A DNA stretch of 29,090 bases. Origin: an uncultured Azospirillum sp. Lineage in GTDB: Bacteria; Pseudomonadota; Alphaproteobacteria; RF32; CAG-239. Positions 27,219-29,090 of the stretch are shown piece by piece. Under the pieces are notes generated by a model. That model did no database searches and had not been told where the DNA came from. It saw only the letters and a list, made by a program, of their open reading frames with translations. The DNA is taken from NCBI GenBank assembly GCA_902489675.1, contig CABUAP010000001.1:1-29090 (forward strand), in the 5' to 3' direction. The translations under genes were made by a program, and so were the position numbers. Within the stretch, counting starts at the first letter, position 1; each line of letters begins with the position of its first letter.

Positions 27219-28345
27219 TTAAGCGGCAAAAAGATCTTTGATTTTTTCAAAAAAGCTTTTTTCCGCCGGCTGACAGCTCTTATCGCCGCTGATCTCCCGA
27301 AATTCTTCCAGCAGCTCTTTTTGTTTCTGGCTAAGATTGACCGGTGTTTCCACCTTAAATTCCACCCACAAATCGCCTTTGTCGATTGAGCGGATTTTCG
27401 GCATCCCTTCGCCTTTGATTTTGAACCGCTGGCCGCTCTGCGTACCGGCGGCAACCTTCACCTCAATCTTATGTCCGTCAATCCCCGGCAGTTCCACGGT
27501 TCCGCCGAGCGCCGCGCAGGCCATCGACACCGGAACCTGTACAAACAAATCCGCCCCTTGTCGGCTGTAAAGCTTATGTTCACTGATCGTCACAAAAATA
27601 TACAAATCACCGTTTTGGCCGCCGCCGACACCGGGCATTCCCTCGCCGGACAGCCGAATCCGCGTACCGTCGTCAATCCCCGCCGGCACTTTGATTTTCA
27701 GTTCCTTGGTATAAGGAACGGTTCCCGCCCCCTTGCACTCCGGACAAGCATCTTTCACTTTACGGCCGCGGCCGCCGCAATCGGGGCAAACGGTTTCCAT
27801 AATCATAAAACCATGCTGACGATGAACCCTGCCGCTGCCGTGACAAGTAGAGCAAATCGGCGGTTCTTTGCCGTCTTTGGTACCAAAACCGCTGCATTTG
27901 TCACAAACTTTTTCTGTCGGAAACGAAATTTCCTTTTCTATTCCGGCAAAAGCTTCTTCCATTGAAATTTCCAAATCATAGCGCAAATCTTCGCCGTCAC
28001 GTCCGGCAGAAGCGCGAGCCGACCGACGGCCGCCGCCCATAAAGTCTGAAAAAACCTCGGAAAATATGTCGCCGAAACCGCCGCCAAAGTTAAAATCAAA
28101 CGGATTGGCACCGCCGCCCTGTTCAAAAGCCGCGTGCCCATAACGATCATAAGCCGCCCTCTTCTGGTCATCTTTCAAAATCTCGTAAGCTTCGTTAATC
28201 TCTTTGAATTTTGCTTCCGCCTCAACATTTCCCTGATTGCGGTCCGGATGATACTTCATCGCCAGCCGCCGATATGACTTTTTATCTCCTCAGCACTTGC
28301 TCCCTTGGCAATTTCCAAAGTTTCATAATAGTCTTGTTTGCTCAT
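27219..28345 (-). CDS. dnaJ: Chaperone DnaJ, frameshifted near codon 22 (likely sequence error, otherwise pseudogene)
   Basis: [11 protein letters not shown]-terminus in one frame; HPD, G/F region, four CxxCxGxG repeats and C-terminal domain in another; one extra A in the run at 28279-28283 restores [15 protein letters not shown]. Confidence 0.93.
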
Positions 28346-28503
28346 AACCTTATGTTTCCTTAAAATGGCTTGTTTTGATTGAATATTTAGGGTGTTTATA
28401 ACCGAAACGCAAGGCTTTTGCAAGCCGCTATCAGCAATTTTATCAGCTTTAAAAAACAGTTCCACTTATTATTTGGATATTATAAACAGTTAAGGAGAAA
28501 ACC

Positions 28504-28734
28504 ATGACCAAAAGAATCAAAATCAAAGATATGTCATACATGGATTATCAGGAAGATGACGAAAAAGATTTTCACGTCAAAACCATTGACGACGAAACAT
28601 TGATCACCCCAAACAGCGGCCTTGATGATGAAGAAGAATTTATCTGTAATATGCACAATTTCGGCGACAGCGAAGATCTTCCCAACAGCGACCGAGCCAT
28701 GATGACTTCGCGCCAACGCTGCGATTATCCTTAA
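28504..28734 (+). CDS. Small acidic hypothetical protein
   Basis: 76 aa, strong AAGGAG RBS, divergent from dnaJ. Confidence 0.7.
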   Translation: MTKRIKIKDMSYMDYQEDDEKDFHVKTIDDETLITPNSGLDDEEEFICNMHNFGDSEDLPNSDRAMMTSRQRCDYP

Positions 28735-28838
28735 AAACAGATGCCAAAACGGATAGAAACAGATTTTATCAGATATAAATATACCATTATCAAATATAAT
28801 TGGATATATTATCCGTAATGATGTGCTTATAAATTTTT

Positions 28839-29090
28839 TTCGCGCCCTCTCGGGTTCGAGTCCCAATTTGATAAAGCCATACAAAAAACCGCCACAAAGG
28901 CGGTTTTTGTATGGCGTCAGCGGCGGGACTCCCCGCTTGTTTTCTAATTTCGCCGTCGGCACTGTCGCTGGCCGGCTCAATAAGCAATCTGCGCCGCTCA
29001 CAACGAAAAGTGACATTTAGTCACTTTTCTATCGGTTCGCGCCCTCTCGGGTTCGAGTCCCAATTTGATAAAGCCATACAAAAAACCGCC
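28839..29090. repeat. tRNA-linked tandem repeat, period 197 bp, truncated by the window end
   Basis: 28839-28893 identical to 29036-29090 (55 bp); unit contains GGGTTCGAGTCCC, a terminator hairpin and a minus-strand tRNA-like 3' end ...GAGTCCCGCCGCTGACGCCA. Confidence 0.85.
28876..28915. terminator. Terminator-like hairpin inside the repeat unit
   Basis: GCCATACAAAAAACCGCC-ACAAA-GGCGGTTTTTGTATGGC. Confidence 0.75.

Noticed and set aside
28534..29016. 160-aa minus-strand ORF across the repeat
   Set aside because: Spans the structured repeat and is antisense to the better supported 76-aa gene with a strong RBS
28839..29090. Possible CRISPR array or intact tRNA gene
   Set aside because: Repeat (55 bp or more) and interval (142 bp) are outside CRISPR size ranges, there are no cas genes, and no D-arm, anticodon arm or matching acceptor stem can be folded

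Overview
Mostly core chromosomal DNA of a bacterium whose gene content and order point to an Alphaproteobacterium (inference from the fused YlxR/L7Ae gene after nusA, the lptF-lptD-surA-rsmA cluster and aroK divergent from a small gene plus xerD). Core genes are metG, rimP-nusA-ylxR-infB-rbfA-truB-rpsO-pnp, a divergent membrane pyrophosphatase, lptF-lptD-surA-rsmA, xerD, aroK, rpsB-tsf and dnaJ (split by a 1-nt homopolymer frameshift). Small accessory patches lie between them: (i) four small ORFs after pnp, one bounded precisely by a 16/18 direct repeat; (ii) a stand-alone 183-aa protein that looks like a degenerate tandem acyl-carrier-protein fold with a GNDSH motif; (iii) a Firmicutes-like SAM methyltransferase after tsf; (iv) two divergent tandem helical paralogues after dnaJ; (v) a 197-bp-period repeat built from tRNA 3'-end pieces at the right edge. 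The conserved KH-domain GxxG loop of PNPase is overwritten by a reverse-complement copy of neighbouring DNA (template-switch signature, either real or an artefact). I see no CRISPR array, rRNA, complete tRNA, transposase or prophage, and no clearly complete novel multi-gene system. The best candidates for novelty are the ACP-like protein, the tRNA-linked repeat, the paralogue pair and the repeat-bounded membrane gene.
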